Shown here one piece after another: positions 36,915 to 47,931 of a stretch of 64,000 nt of DNA; the first letter of the stretch is position 1; every line of letters starts with the position of its first letter. Both the position numbers and the translations under genes were made by a program. The notes beneath the pieces are model-generated. The model ran no database searches. It saw only the letters and a program-made list of their open reading frames with translations, and was not told the DNA's origin. Source of the DNA: an uncultured Chloroflexia bacterium (GTDB lineage: Bacteria > Chloroflexota > Limnocylindria > Limnocylindrales > CSP1-4); contig CAWIOR010000006.1 in NCBI GenBank assembly GCA_963837825.1, positions 111,954 through 175,953 on the forward strand, read 5' to 3'.

Positions 36915-37367
36915 ATGCGTCTGGCGTTTCTCGCTCTTGCAATTACCTTCTCCCTCTCAGGTTGCATCAACGCGGTGGCCACCAAGCCGGTCGCCACAAC
37001 AACATCGCCGACAGCCACGCCACCGCCAAGCCCCGCTGTGGTCTGTGGCGATCTCAGCCCGAAGGACTGTCGCGCCGGAGCATCGGCAGCCCTATCAGCG
37101 GCGCAAGGCCGGGGCGGATCACCGATCAGGGTCGAGCTCGGTCGCGGCGTCTGGTGCCCAACCCCTGGGCTGCTCTTCGTGGACACCACCTGCCCCGGAG
37201 GAGGCCTCCCTCCTGCCGGGGGTGGGCAGTGGATCGGGCACGCGCTCATCACGTTCGGCGGTTCGCAGGCGCAGGCCTACATCAACCTCGCCAAGAACGG
37301 TGAGGCGATCACTGGCGCGTTCGTAGCCCTCGCGACGCCCCCGGTCGCCACATCGTCGCCATACTGA
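36915..37367 (+). CDS. Lipoprotein (signal peptide with an LSGC lipobox), Pro/Thr-rich linker, cysteine-containing domain.
   Basis: 'MRLAFLALAITFSLSGC' is a textbook type II signal peptide. Confidence 0.6.
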   Translation: MRLAFLALAITFSLSGCINAVATKPVATTTSPTATPPPSPAVVCGDLSPKDCRAGASAALSAAQGRGGSPIRVELGRGVWCPTPGLLFVDTTCPGGGLPPAGGGQWIGHALITFGGSQAQAYINLAKNGEAITGAFVALATPPVATSSPY

Positions 37368-37478
37368 CCGAGGTCGGGCGGGCGTGGCGGACTTCGACGG
37401 CTGACTGCGGATCAAGCCGAAGGTCTGGGACGGACTCTGGCAGCCTTGTCTGGGGGCCCGCCCGCGCAGCCGACGCTA

Positions 37479-37770
37479 CGTGATCACGTACTCCCAGATG
37501 TACCAGCCGTCCTGAAGGTGCCGGTCGGCGCTTTCGCCTTCGTGGAGCCGAGTCACCAGAAAGCTCGAGTCGATGTCGGGCCCGGGGGGCGGACCGTTCG
37601 GGCTAAGTGCGAAGCCCCAGATCACGCTCACGCCGTACGCGACACCGAGGCGATAACCGTAACCCGTCGTCTCATAACAGCACATCGCGTACATCCCGGC
37701 CGGTGTGCGCAGATCGTACGGTGGAGGGTTATCGGCAAGGTCTTCGAAAGCCGACCGGCTCATCGAGAAG
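37479..37770 (-). CDS. Hypothetical small Trp/Tyr-rich protein; the start is uncertain (it could extend to 37973).
   Basis: 'MSRSAFEDLADNPPPYDLRTPAGMYAMCCYETTGYGYRLGVAYGVSVIWGFALSPNG...DGWYIWEYVIT' has non-artefact composition in the lower-GC region. Confidence 0.4.
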
Positions 37771-37981
37771 CGCAGCAGGAGCGGAAGACCACTCCAGATG
37801 GCTGCGACGGCGACGGAGCGGTCGCAACGACACACGGCAACGACTGGAGTGGTTGCTCGTCCCTGTCCTGGCGTGTGGGGCGGGGGATCGGCATGGGCGA
37901 ACACCTCGGCTCGTCCCTCCGAAGCAACGTACGGGCGGACACCGGATACCATCTCGGAGACCGACGCAACCATGAAGGGAG

Positions 37982-39714
37982 AGGCCCGACGGTGACCGAC
38001 CAGGCCGCGCTCGACCGTCTCAACGCCCGGGCCCGCGAGGAGCGCTGGGCGGAGCGGCTGTTCGCCCGTGACGCGAGCCTCTGGTCGGACGACCCGGCCG
38101 TCCAGGCGGCGATCGCCGAGCGGCTCGGCTGGCTCGATGCGCCCGGTCATTTCGCCGAGGAGACCGGACCGCTCGAGGCGTTCGGCGAGGCGATCCGCGA
38201 CGCCGGATTCACGACCGCGATCGTCGCCGGGATGGGCGGCAGCAGCCTGGCCCCGGAGGTGCTCAGGAAGACGTTCGGCGACGGCGGCGACTGGCTCGAG
38301 CTGCGCGTCCTCGACTCGACCGACCCGGCGGCCGTGGCCGCGGCGCGTCGACGACCTCTACCCGCTCGAGACGCTGTTCATCGTCGCCTCGCAAGTCCGG
38401 CACGACCGCCGAGCCGCTGGCCTTCCAGGCCGACGCCTGGGAGCGGATCCGGGCGGCGCTCCACGCCCGCCACCTGCACGACGAGTCACCGGGCGACTTC
38501 ATGGTCGCGATCACCGATCCGGGCCACAGCCTGGAGGCGATCCCCCACCACGACGACCTGCGCGAGGTCTTCCTCAACCCGCCGGACGTCGGCGGGCGCT
38601 ACTCCGCCCTGACCTACGTCGGGCTGGTCCCGGCGCAGCCTCATCGGGCTGGACCTCGACCCGTTCCTCGACAGCGCCCGGGCGATGCTCGACGCCTGCC
38701 GGGCGGCCGACCCGGCGACGAACCCCGGCCTGGGCCTTGGCCTGGTCCTCGGTGCGAACGCCGTGGCCGGGCGGGACAAGCTGACGTTCGTGGTCGACCC
38801 GGAGATCGCCGGCTTCGGCGCCTGGGCGGAGCAGCTCATCGCCGAGAGCACCGGCAAGCAGGGCGTGGGGATCGTCCCGGTCGACCTCGAGCCGCTCGGC
38901 GCGGCGGACGCCTACGGCCCGGACCGCGTCTTCGTGCGGATCAGCCTGGCCGACTCGGCCGGTCCGGCGAAGGCCTCGGACGGCAGTCGGCCGACGAGCT
39001 GCTGAATGCCCTCGAGGCCGCCGGCCACCCGGTGGTCCGGATCGCCCTCGACGACCCGATCGACCTGGCCGGCGAGTTCGTCCGCTGGGAGGTCGCCACG
39101 GCGATCGCCGGGATCGTCCTGGGGATCGACCCGTTCGACCAGCCGAACGTCGAGGAGGCCAAGGAGCACACCCGGCGGGCGCTGGCGGCGATCGAGACCG
39201 GCGACACCGGCCACGATGCCGGCCACGGCAGCGCGGCGGGCTCGGACGTCCCGTCGTACGTCCTGGCGACCGACCCGAACCTCGGCGGCGGAGCTCCGGA
39301 CCCACCTCCGGAACCTCAAGCCGAACGGCTATGCCGCCCTCCAGGCCTACGTCGCCGCCGACGCCCGGGCGGGACGAGGCGCTCGCCCGGATCCGCGCCC
39401 TCCTCCGCGACCGGACCCGTCGGGCGACGACGGCCGGGTACGGGCCGCGCTTCCTCCATTCGACCGGCCAGCTCCACAAGGGCGGCGCGCCGATCGGCTG
39501 GTTCCTCCAGCTGACCGCCGACCATCCGGCCGACCGGCCGATCCCGGGCAAGCCGTACACGCTTCGGCCAGCTCATCGACGCCCAGGCGGCCGGCGACCT
39601 GAGCGTGCTCCATGCGCACGGCCTGCCGGTCCTGCGCGTCCATCTCGGCCCCGACCCCGACGCCGGCCTGGCCGCGCTCGAGCGGGCCCTCGAAGCGGCA
39701 CTCCAGGAGGCCTG
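37982..39714 (+). CDS. pgi: Glucose-6-phosphate isomerase (actinobacterial/bifunctional-type PGI domain); about 3 frame changes.
   Basis: 'IVAGMGGSSLAPEV', 'FIVASKSGTTAEP' (by translation across a shift) and 'DVGGRYSALTYVGLVPA' is the PGI signature 2. RBS GAAGGGAGAGG with GTG. Confidence 0.8.
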
Positions 39715-39720
39715 ACCGTC

Positions 39721-40622
39721 ATGCGCATCGGGTTCATCGGCCTCGGCCGGATGGGGGCGAACATGGTCCGCCGGCTCCTCCGCGACGGCCACGAGATCGT
39801 CGCCTACAACCGGACCGCCGAGAAGACCCGCGAGATCGCCGGCGAGGGGGCGACCCCGTCGTTCAGCCTCGAGGAGCTCGTCGTCGAAGCTGGACAAGCC
39901 GCGCGCGGTCTGGGTGATGGTCCCGGCCGGCGACGCGACCGAGGCCCAGATCGACGAGCTGATGGACCTGCTCGAGCCGGGCGACACGATCGTCGACGGC
40001 GGCAACACGAACTTCCACGACGACGTCCGCCGCCACGCCAAGCTGGCCGACGAAGGGCCTCCGCTACGTCGACGCGGGCGTATCGGGCGGGATCTGGGGC
40101 CTGGCCAACGGCTTCTGCCTGATGGTCGGCGGCGAGGCCGACGCGGTCAGCCCGCTCGAGCCGATCTTCCGCTCGCTCGCCCCGGCCGACGGCTACCTCC
40201 ACGTCGGCGGCCCCGGCTCCGGGCACTACGTGAAGATGGTCCACAACGGGATCGAGTACGGCCTGATGCAGGCCTACGCCGAGGGCTTCGAGATCATGCA
40301 CGCGAGCGACTACACGCTCGACCTGGCGGCGATCTCGGGGCTGTGGAACCACGGCTCGGTCGTCCGCTCGTGGCTGCTCGAGCTGGCCGAGCGGGCGTTC
40401 AGCGCGAACGGCCAGGAGCTCGACCACCTCAAGGGCTGGGTGGCCGACTCGGGCGAGGGCCGCTGGACGGTCCAGGAGGCGATCGACCACGACGTCCCGG
40501 CGCCGGTCATCACCCTGTCCCTGCTCACCCGGTTCCGCTCCCGCCAGGACGACTCCTACGGGGCCAAGGTCCTGGCCGCCCTGCGCAACGAGTTCGGCGG
40601 CCACGCCGTGAAGACCGAGTAG
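39721..40622 (+). CDS. gnd: 6-phosphogluconate dehydrogenase (decarboxylating), short Gnd/YqeC-like form; about 2 frame changes.
   Basis: The Rossmann motif '[19 protein letters not shown]', '[30 protein letters not shown]' and the C-terminal '[31 protein letters not shown]'. Confidence 0.85.
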
Positions 40623-40631
40623 CCGAGCCCG

Positions 40632-42293
40632 ATGACCACGACCGCCGACCCGAAGCCGGGCACGGCGGCGCCCGCCGCGCCGACCGGCCCGGGACGCCCC
40701 GCGGACGATCCGCGAGCTGCGGCTCGCCCGCGACGGGAAGCGGCGCGCGCGCAGCCCCCAAGCTCGACAACCCGCTCCGCGAGGGGCTCCGCCTCGAGCG
40801 CGATGCCCGACCCGGCCTGCCTCGTCCTGTTCGGGGCGACCGGCGACCTCGCCCACCGCAAGGTCATCCCGGCCCTCTACCAGCTGTGGCGGACGAACCT
40901 CCTGCCCCACGAGTTCATGCTCGTCGCGGTCGGCCGCCGGCCGTACGACGACGAGTCCTTCCGGGCCGAGATCGGAGCGTCCCTCGAGGCGTACTCGCGG
41001 GTCCCGGTCGAGGAGCGGCCCGAACGGCGAGTTCCTGGCCCGGATCGTCTACCACCAGGGCGACTTCGCCGACCCGGCCGCGTTCGACCGGCTGGCGGCC
41101 CGCCTCGAGAGCGATCGACGAGGAGCACGGGCACGCGGGGCAACCGGCTCTACTACCTGGCCACCCAGCCGTCGGCCTTCACCGAGGTCATCGCCCAGCT
41201 CGGGCGGGTCGGGCTCGACCACGAGACCCACGGCGGGGGCTGGCGGCGGATCGTCATCGAGAAGCCGTTCGGGCGGGACCTCGACTCGGCCGTCCGGCTC
41301 AACCGCGAGGTCCTCAAGGTCTTCCGCGAGAAGCAGGTCTACCGGATCGACCACTACCTGGGCAAGGAGACCGTCCGCAACCTCCTCGTCTTCCGGTTCG
41401 GCAACGGGATCTTCGAGCCGCTCTGGAACCGGCGCTACGTCGACCATGTCCAGATCACCGTGGCCGAGTCGCTCGGGGTCGAGAGCCGCGGCGCGTTCTA
41501 CGAGGAGACCGGGGCGAGCCGGGACGTCCTCCAGAACCACCTGATGCAGCTGCTGAGCCTGGTCGCCATGGAGCCGCCGGCGACGTTCGAGGCGGACGCC
41601 CTGCGCGACGAGAAGGTCAAGGTCCTCCGGGCGATCGCTCCGCTGACGTCCCGACCAGGTCAGGACCGACGTCGTCCGCGGCCAGTACGGCCCGGGCTGG
41701 GTGGCCGCCCAGGCAGGTCCCGGGCTACCGCGCCGAGCCGGAGGTCGACCCCGAGTCGGAGACCGAGACGTTCGTGGCCGCCCGGTTCGAGATCGACGAC
41801 TGGCGCTGGGCCGGCGTCCCGTTCTACGTCCGGACCGGCAAGCGCCTGCCCGAAGCGCTCGAGCGAGATCGCGATCCAGTTCCGGCCGGTCCCCCATCGC
41901 CTGTTCAAGGACAGCTCGCGTCGACCCCGAGCCGAACCTCCTCGCGCTGCGGATCCAGCCCGACGAGGGGATCCTCCTCCGCTTCGGGGCCAAGGTCCCC
42001 GGGCTGGGCCTCGACGTCCGGGCGGTGAACATGGACTTCACCTACGGCTCGGCGTTCAACGTCGACTCGCCCGACGCCTACGAGACGCTCATCCTCGACG
42101 CCCTCCTCGGCGACGCCTCGCTGTTCACCCGGGCCGACGAGGTCGAGGAGGCGTGGGGCATCGTCACCCCGATCATCGACGCCTGGGTCGACATGCCGGC
42201 CCCCGACTTCCCGAACTACGAGGCGGGCTCGTGGGGACCGGCCGCGGCCGACGAGCTGATGGCCCGCGACGGACGGCGATGGCGACGGATCTG
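40632..42293 (+). CDS. zwf: Glucose-6-phosphate 1-dehydrogenase; frame changes in the N-terminal extension and near 41650 and 41900.
   Basis: '[22 protein letters not shown]', 'RIDHYLGKE' is the active site, and '[29 protein letters not shown]'. An alternative-frame '[11 protein letters not shown]' near the N-terminus is reminiscent of actinobacterial Zwf. Confidence 0.85.
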
Positions 42294-43601
42294 AGCCTCG
42301 CGGCCGCCGCCGGGGGAGCCGACCCTGCGCTGGACGTCGCGCGCGACGACGATCGACGGGATCGAGCGCGAGCTGGCCAGGATCTGGGCCGTCCCCGAGC
42401 TGACCACCGACCGTCGACGGCGTGGAGGCTCGCCACGTCGCCGCCCGGACGAGCGTGATGAACCTGGTCGTCATCGCCCGGCGGCCCGAGCTCGGCGAGC
42501 GCTGCGCGGCGATCATCTCGCAGCTCACCGGCCGCCATCCCTCGCGGACCCTGATCTGCTCGCCGACCGATCCGGACGGTCCGGGCTGGCTCGACGCCCG
42601 GATCACCGCCCAGTGCATGCTCCCGCGCGAGGGCGCGGCCGAGACCTGCGCCGAGACGATCTACGTGACCGCCGGCGGCGACACCGGCCGGCACATCGCC
42701 GCGATCGTCGAGCCGCTCCTCGTCCACGACCTGCCGGTCACCGTCTGGTGGCCGGGCGAGCCGCCGCTCGGGACCGAGCAGGCGAACGACCTGCTCGAGG
42801 ACGCCGACCGGCTCGTCGTCGACGGCTCCGGCTGGAGCGGCGACGGGCTCGAACGGCTGCGCGAGCTGGCCCGCCTGGTCGAGGCCGGCCACCTGGCGGT
42901 GTTCGACTTCGCGCTCGTGCGCCAGTCGCGCTGGCGCGAGGCGATCGCCTCGACGTTCGACATGCCCGAGTTCCTGCCCTACCTCCGCTCGATCCGGCGG
43001 ATCGCCGTGACCTACGGGACCCACGACGAGCTCGGGCGGCCGGGCGGCACGAACATGGTCAAGCCGCTCTATCACGTCGTCGTGGATCGCGTCCCGGCTC
43101 GGGATGTCGGTCAGCCGCTCGCTTGCGCCGCTGACCGGGGCGGCGGGTGGACCCGCCCAGGCGGCCCCCGCGGCCCATGCCGCCCACGCCGCGCACGCGG
43201 CCCACGCGGCCCATGCCGCCGGGAAGCACGTCGGGGCGAAGCCGCTCGCCGGCCGCGGCTACGCGGCGACGCTCCGGAGCGGCTCGAACGAGGTCGCCGT
43301 CGTCATGCGCCCGGTCCTGTCCGGGATGCCCTCGGGCACGACGCTCCGGGTCGAGCTCCTCGCCGAGCGGCGCGGCTCGGAGCTCCGGGTCGACGTCACC
43401 GCCGAGGCCGAGACGGTCGCGGTCCACGCCTGGCAGGACGGCGTCGAGGTCCTCGATCGGCGCTTCCTCGCGGCGCGCCGGACGGAGATGGACCTGCTCG
43501 CGGAGGCGATCGAGACCCCCCAGCGCGACCTCGTGTCCGACGGCTCGATCCGGATGGCCGCCCGGATCGCCCAGGCGCGCGAGACCGGTTCGGGCGGTTG
43601 A
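42279..43601 (+). CDS. opcA: OpcA, the glucose-6-phosphate dehydrogenase assembly/allosteric effector protein; frameshifted.
   Basis: '[15 protein letters not shown]', '[33 protein letters not shown]', '[12 protein letters not shown]' and the C-terminal '[22 protein letters not shown]...'. Confidence 0.8.
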
Positions 43602-44473
43602 CGGACCCGCTCGGCCCGCGGGGAGGGCGTCCCGTCCAGGCGACGCTCGAGGACTTCGCCCGCGCCGGCGAGCCGAGGCTCATCGTGGCCGCCGACCCCG
43701 ACGCCCTCGCCGAGGCTTCGGCGGTCCGGCTGGCCCACGGCCTGGCCGCGGCGATCGAGACCCGGGGGCGGGCCGACGTCGCCCTGACCGGTGGGTCGAC
43801 GCCCGGGGCGATGTACCGCCGTCTCGTCGAGCCGGACCTGCGCGACGGCGTCGACTGGGAGCGAGTCCACCTGTGGTGGGGCGACGACCGGTTCGTGCCC
43901 CGGACCGACCCGCTGTCGAACCTCGTCCTGGCCGACGAGTCGCTGCTCGCGCCCGACGGCGTCCCGATCCCGGCGGCCAACGTCCACCCGTTCCCGACGG
44001 ATCGGGCCATCGAGGACGGGCTCGGCCCGGGCTGGTGCGCCGCGACCTACGCGACCGAGCTCGCCGGTGCGCTCGGGTCGGTCGCCGGCTGGCCATCCTT
44101 CGACCTCGTCCTCGTCGGGATCGGCGCCGACGGGCACCTCCTGTCGGTCTTCCCGGGGAGCCCGGCGCTGGGCAGCGACCGGGTCGGGCTGGCGATCCCG
44201 GCGCCGACCCACATCGAACCGATGGTCGAGCGGGTCACCCTCAACCCGGCGATCCTCGGCGCGGCCGGGCACGTCCTGGCGATGGCCGCCGGGTCGGGCA
44301 AGGCCGGCGTGATCGCCCGGATCCTGACCGGGCCGCGCGACCCGGTCGCCCTTCCGGCGACGCTCGCCCGGCGGGCGAGCGCGACCTGGCTGCTCGATCC
44401 GGCCGCGGCCGCTGGGCTGGTCGAGCGCGACCGGAGTCAGGCGAGCCCCAGGACGAGCGGCTCGGCGCCCTGA
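43598..44473 (+). CDS. pgl: 6-phosphogluconolactonase.
   Basis: 'VALTGGSTPGAMYRRL...WERVHLWWGDDRFVP...FDLVLVGIGADGHLLSVFPGSPAL' matches the DevB/Pgl family. Confidence 0.8.
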   Translation: MTDPLGPRGGRPVQATLEDFARAGEPRLIVAADPDALAEASAVRLAHGLAAAIETRGRADVALTGGSTPGAMYRRLVEPDLRDGVDWERVHLWWGDDRFVPRTDPLSNLVLADESLLAPDGVPIPAANVHPFPTDRAIEDGLGPGWCAATYATELAGALGSVAGWPSFDLVLVGIGADGHLLSVFPGSPALGSDRVGLAIPAPTHIEPMVERVTLNPAILGAAGHVLAMAAGSGKAGVIARILTGPRDPVALPATLARRASATWLLDPAAAAGLVERDRSQASPRTSGSAP

Positions 44474-45121
44474 TCGTCCGCCCCGCCCGGCCCGGACGCC
44501 TCGACGGCCGGCCCGCCGAAGTGGGCCGTCCGGAAGACGGACAACCGGGTCCGCCGGTCGCGCCAGGCGTCGGCCGGGAGACCGGCCTTCCGACAGGCCG
44601 CCTCGATCATCTCGCGACCGCCCCACTGGAAGTGGTCGGCGACCTCGGGCAGGAGCAGCGCCACGGCCGGGCCGCGCTCGACGATCACGCCGTCGATCCC
44701 GGGCCGGAGGTCCGCCGGGGCGCTCGAGCGGGACCGGCGGCCCGAGCACGGAGATCTCGATCCGGACGGCCGGCAGCTCCCGAGCCGAGAGTGGGACGAA
44801 GCGCGGGTCGCGGAGGGCCGCCGTGCAGGCCGCAGCGGCGACCGCCTCGGAGATCGGCCGCTCGGCGACCAGGCCGCCCATGCAGCCGCGCAGCTCGCCG
44901 TCCTCGGTCAGGGTGACGAAGACGGCGGCCGGCTCGTCGAGCGTGGCGGTCGCGCGCAGCGCGTCCTCGAGCGGCTCCATCGACGTCCGCCCGGTCACGG
45001 CCGCGAGCGCCGTCCGGGCCAGCCGCAGGAGGCCCTCCTGCTCGTCGAGCGGGATCGTCACCGGGCCGGGCACGCCCGGCGGCGGGGCGGGTCCAGTCTT
45101 CGGAGCGAGGCGAGTGGTCAT
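44437..45121 (-). CDS. AMMECR1-domain protein (AmmeMemoRadiSam system protein A); frameshifted.
   Basis: 'MTTRLAPKTGPA...LRLARTALAAVTG...AAVFVTLTEDGELRGCMGGLVAERPI...ALRDPRFVPL' carries the LRGCxG motif. The C-terminal 'GVIVERGPAVALLLPEV' is in another frame. Confidence 0.75.
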
Positions 45122-45261
45122 CCCGAACGGCTCCTGAAGCACCGTCCGGATGGTGGCCTCGGAGCGCGCCGCCGGCCAGTGCGGAACGGGCCGGCGATCG
45201 GGGCCGGCCGGCACTGGGCGGGAACGCCGGCCGGGCCCACACTCACCCGAGGAGACTGCCG

Positions 45262-46354
45262 ATGGCCGCCTCGACTGTATCCACGCGCCCGTCCGCCGGG
45301 ACCGTCCCGACGATCCTCGCCGAGGAGCTGGCCGACGGCAGCGTCCGCTGCGGCGTGTGCGCCCATCGCTGCCTCGTCCGCCCGGGGCGGACCGGGATCT
45401 GCGGGGTCCGCCGGAACGAGGGCGGGCACCTCGTCTGCCACGCCTACGGGGCGGTCGTGGCGATCGGGATCGACCCGATCGAGAAGAAGCCGCTCTTCCA
45501 CGTCGCACCCGGCACGCTCGCCTACTCGATCGCCACGGCCGGCTGCCCGTTCCACTGCCGGTTCTGCCAGAACTGGGAGATCGCCCAGGGGCCGCGGCTG
45601 GGGCTGGAGCTGCCGACCACGTCCGCTCCCACCGGCGCGGGTGGTCGAGGAGGCGCTCGCCCACCGGGCGGACGCGGTCGCCTACACCTACGTCGAGCCG
45701 ACCGTCTTCCTCGAGTACGCCCTCGACACCGGTCGGCTCGCCCGCGAGGCGGGCCTGCGCAACCTGTTCATCACCGACGGCTACGCGACGCCCGAGGCGA
45801 TCGGCCTCCTGGCCAGCGTCCTCGACGCCGCCAACGTCGATCTCAAGGCCTTCGACGACGCCTTCTACCGCCGGCTGTGCGGCGCCCGACTCGCCCACGT
45901 CCTCGAGGCGATCGTCGGGCTGCGCCGGGCGGGCATCTGGCTCGAGCTGACGACCCTGATCGTGCCCGGTCAGAACGACGATCCCGCCGAGCTCCGCGCC
46001 CTGACCCGCTGGATCGTCGAGACGCTCGGCGTCGAGACGCCGTGGCACGTCAGCCGGTTCTTCCCCGCCTACCGGATGCTCGACACGCCGCCGACGCCGC
46101 TCGAGGCGCTCCGCCGGGCGGCCGACCTCGGGCGCGAGGCGGGGCTCGTCCACGTCTACGTCGGGAACGCCCCCGAGCTCGACCTCGAGGACACCCACTG
46201 CGCCGGGTGCGGCCGGCGCCTGATCGAGCGGCACGGCTACCGGGTCCGCGACCACCTGGCGGCCGACGGGAGCTGTCCGGGCTGTGGTCGGCCGCTGGCC
46301 GGCGTCGGGCTCGGACGGACCGCCGCGACCCGGGCCGCGGCGCTGTGCGGATGA
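45262..46354 (+). CDS. AmmeMemoRadiSam system radical SAM enzyme; one frameshift near 45620.
   Basis: An N-terminal Cys cluster 'VRCGVCAHRCLVRPGRTGICGVRRNEGGHLV' is followed by the CX3CX2C motif 'GCPFHCRFCQNWEI'. The C-terminus carries CxxC...CxxC ('HCAGCGRRL...CPGCGRPL'). It is divergent from AMMECR1 and overlaps memo by ATGA. Confidence 0.85.
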
Positions 46355-47271
46355 CGGAGGCGATGGCGATGGGCAGCGCGACGATCTCGGCGCCGATCCG
46401 CCGACCGGCGGTCGCCGGCGGCTTCTATCCGGCCGAACGCGATGAGCTGATCGAGCTCGTCGCCGGTCTCCTGGCCGAGGCCGCGCACGCGAGACGGGCG
46501 CCGACCCCGGGGGCCGGGGCGCTCGTCGGGATCCTCGTCCCGCACGCCGGCCTGAGCTACTCGGGCCTGGTCGCGGCCGCCGGCTGGCGGCGCCTCGAGC
46601 GCCCCGACCAGCCCGTGCCGACGATCGTCCTGCTCGGGACGAACCACGTCGCGGGCTGGCTCGACGGGGTCGGGGCGTGGGACGCCGGAGCCTGGCGGAC
46701 GCCGCTCGGCGACGTCGCCATCGACGTCGACCTCGCCGGGGCGATCGTCGGCCTCGGACGGCCGTTCGTCGTCGATCTCGCGGCCCACGGCGGCGAGCAC
46801 TCGATCGAGGTCCAGCTGCCGTTCGTCCAGACCGTCGCGCCGGCGGCCCGGATCGTGCCGCTGGCCGTGGCGAGCGGGACCGGTCCCGATGCCGTCGACG
46901 CCGGCCGCCGTCTCGGCGAGCTCCTCGCCGAGCGACGCCGGGCCGGCGAGTCGATCGTCGTCGCGATCAGCTCGGACATGGCTCACTACCCACCGGCCGG
47001 AGCCTGCTCCGCGGCCACGGAGGCGCTCCTGCCGTCGATCGTCGCCCTGGACGCGATGGGCCTGGCCCGGACCGAGGCCGGCCTCCGCCAGGCCGGGATC
47101 CACGGCCTGGCCTGCGGGATGTGCGGGATCGAGCCGACGGTGCTCGGGCTCGCCGCGCTCGAGGCGATGGGCGTCCGCGGCGGGACCCGCCTCGCCGCCG
47201 CGACCTCCGCCGACGCCGGCGGACCCGCGGATCGGACGGTCGGCTACCTGGCGGTGGAGTTCGACGCCTGA
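46351..47271 (+). CDS. MEMO1-family protein (AmmeMemoRadiSam system protein B); intact.
   Basis: 'PAVAGGFYPAE...GILVPHAGLSYSG...IVLLGTNH...HSIEVQLPFVQ...VAISSDMAHY' matches the Memo/extradiol-dioxygenase-like fold. Confidence 0.85.
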   Translation: MTEAMAMGSATISAPIRRPAVAGGFYPAERDELIELVAGLLAEAAHARRAPTPGAGALVGILVPHAGLSYSGLVAAAGWRRLERPDQPVPTIVLLGTNHVAGWLDGVGAWDAGAWRTPLGDVAIDVDLAGAIVGLGRPFVVDLAAHGGEHSIEVQLPFVQTVAPAARIVPLAVASGTGPDAVDAGRRLGELLAERRRAGESIVVAISSDMAHYPPAGACSAATEALLPSIVALDAMGLARTEAGLRQAGIHGLACGMCGIEPTVLGLAALEAMGVRGGTRLAAATSADAGGPADRTVGYLAVEFDA

Positions 47272-47293
47272 CCGGGCGGATCCGCTCGAGCCG

Positions 47294-47669
47294 TCAGAAC
47301 GACAGGGTCAGCTTCGCCCGGTCGGCCACGTCCAGGAAGTACGCGAAGCCGGCCGGCATGTCCACCTCGGCGGCGAGTCGATCGGTCGAGATGTCGCACG
47401 CCTTCATCGCCCGGGTGCAGGCGTAGACGTGGACGGTCCCATCCTCCTTCAGCTCCCGGAGGCGGCGGGCGACCTCCTCCCTGACCTCGTCCGCACCGGG
47501 CACGGTCGGGCCGAGGGGACCGGGACGGCCGACCCACGCCGACGGCGTCGCCGGTGAAGTAGACGTGTGCCTCCATCTCCATGGCGACGGCCGCCTCCAG
47601 GAGGTTCAGCGCGGTCTGGACGGCCTGCGGCCGCTCGGAGGAGATGACGACGGCGATCGACTCAGCCAT
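47294..47669 (-). CDS. DsrE/DsrF-like sulfur-relay family protein; one frameshift.
   Basis: 'MAESIAVVISSERPQAVQTALNLLEAAVAMEMEAHVYFTGDAV' and 'VHVYACTRAMKACDISTDRLAAEVDMPAGFAYFL' carry the conserved Cys. Confidence 0.6.
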
Positions 47670-47913
47670 CCGGGGTCCGCTCGAGCAGGATGCGGGTCTC
47701 CTTCCCCTCGGTCTGGTCCTCGAGGATCGGCTTGCCCGTCTTCCTGGCCCACGCCCGCACGACGTACGCGTGCTCGGCCACCGTGGCCTTGACCTCGAGG
47801 ATGTCGCCCGGAACGAGCTCCTTCAGGGCTCGCCGAACCATCTGGAGCGCGGAATCCCCGCACTCCTCCTCGGCTCTCGTGAGGTCGATCGTGCGCGCGA
47901 TCGTGTGTGCCAT
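47662..47913 (-). CDS. TusA-like (SirA/YedF/YeeD) sulfur-carrier protein.
   Basis: 83 aa: 'IDLTRAEEECGDSALQMVRRALKELVPGDILEVKATVAEHAYVVRAWARKTG' has the two-layered alpha/beta TusA pattern with an N-terminal Cys. Confidence 0.55.
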   Translation of the reverse strand: MAHTIARTIDLTRAEEECGDSALQMVRRALKELVPGDILEVKATVAEHAYVVRAWARKTGKPILEDQTEGKETRILLERTPDG

Positions 47914-47931
47914 GAGCGACGGGCCTCGACC

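Noticed and set aside
34700-37980. Mobile element or integrase in the lower-GC island
   Set aside because: No transposase, integrase or recombinase-like ORF was found, and no flanking direct or inverted repeats. Only a vapBC toxin-antitoxin pair and cargo-like genes are present, so no mobile element is called.
43259-46255. 998-aa minus-strand ORF antisense to opcA and pgl
   Set aside because: Its composition is Arg/Pro/Gly-rich except for the portion that matches AMMECR1 (44437-45121). The rest is an antisense GC artefact.
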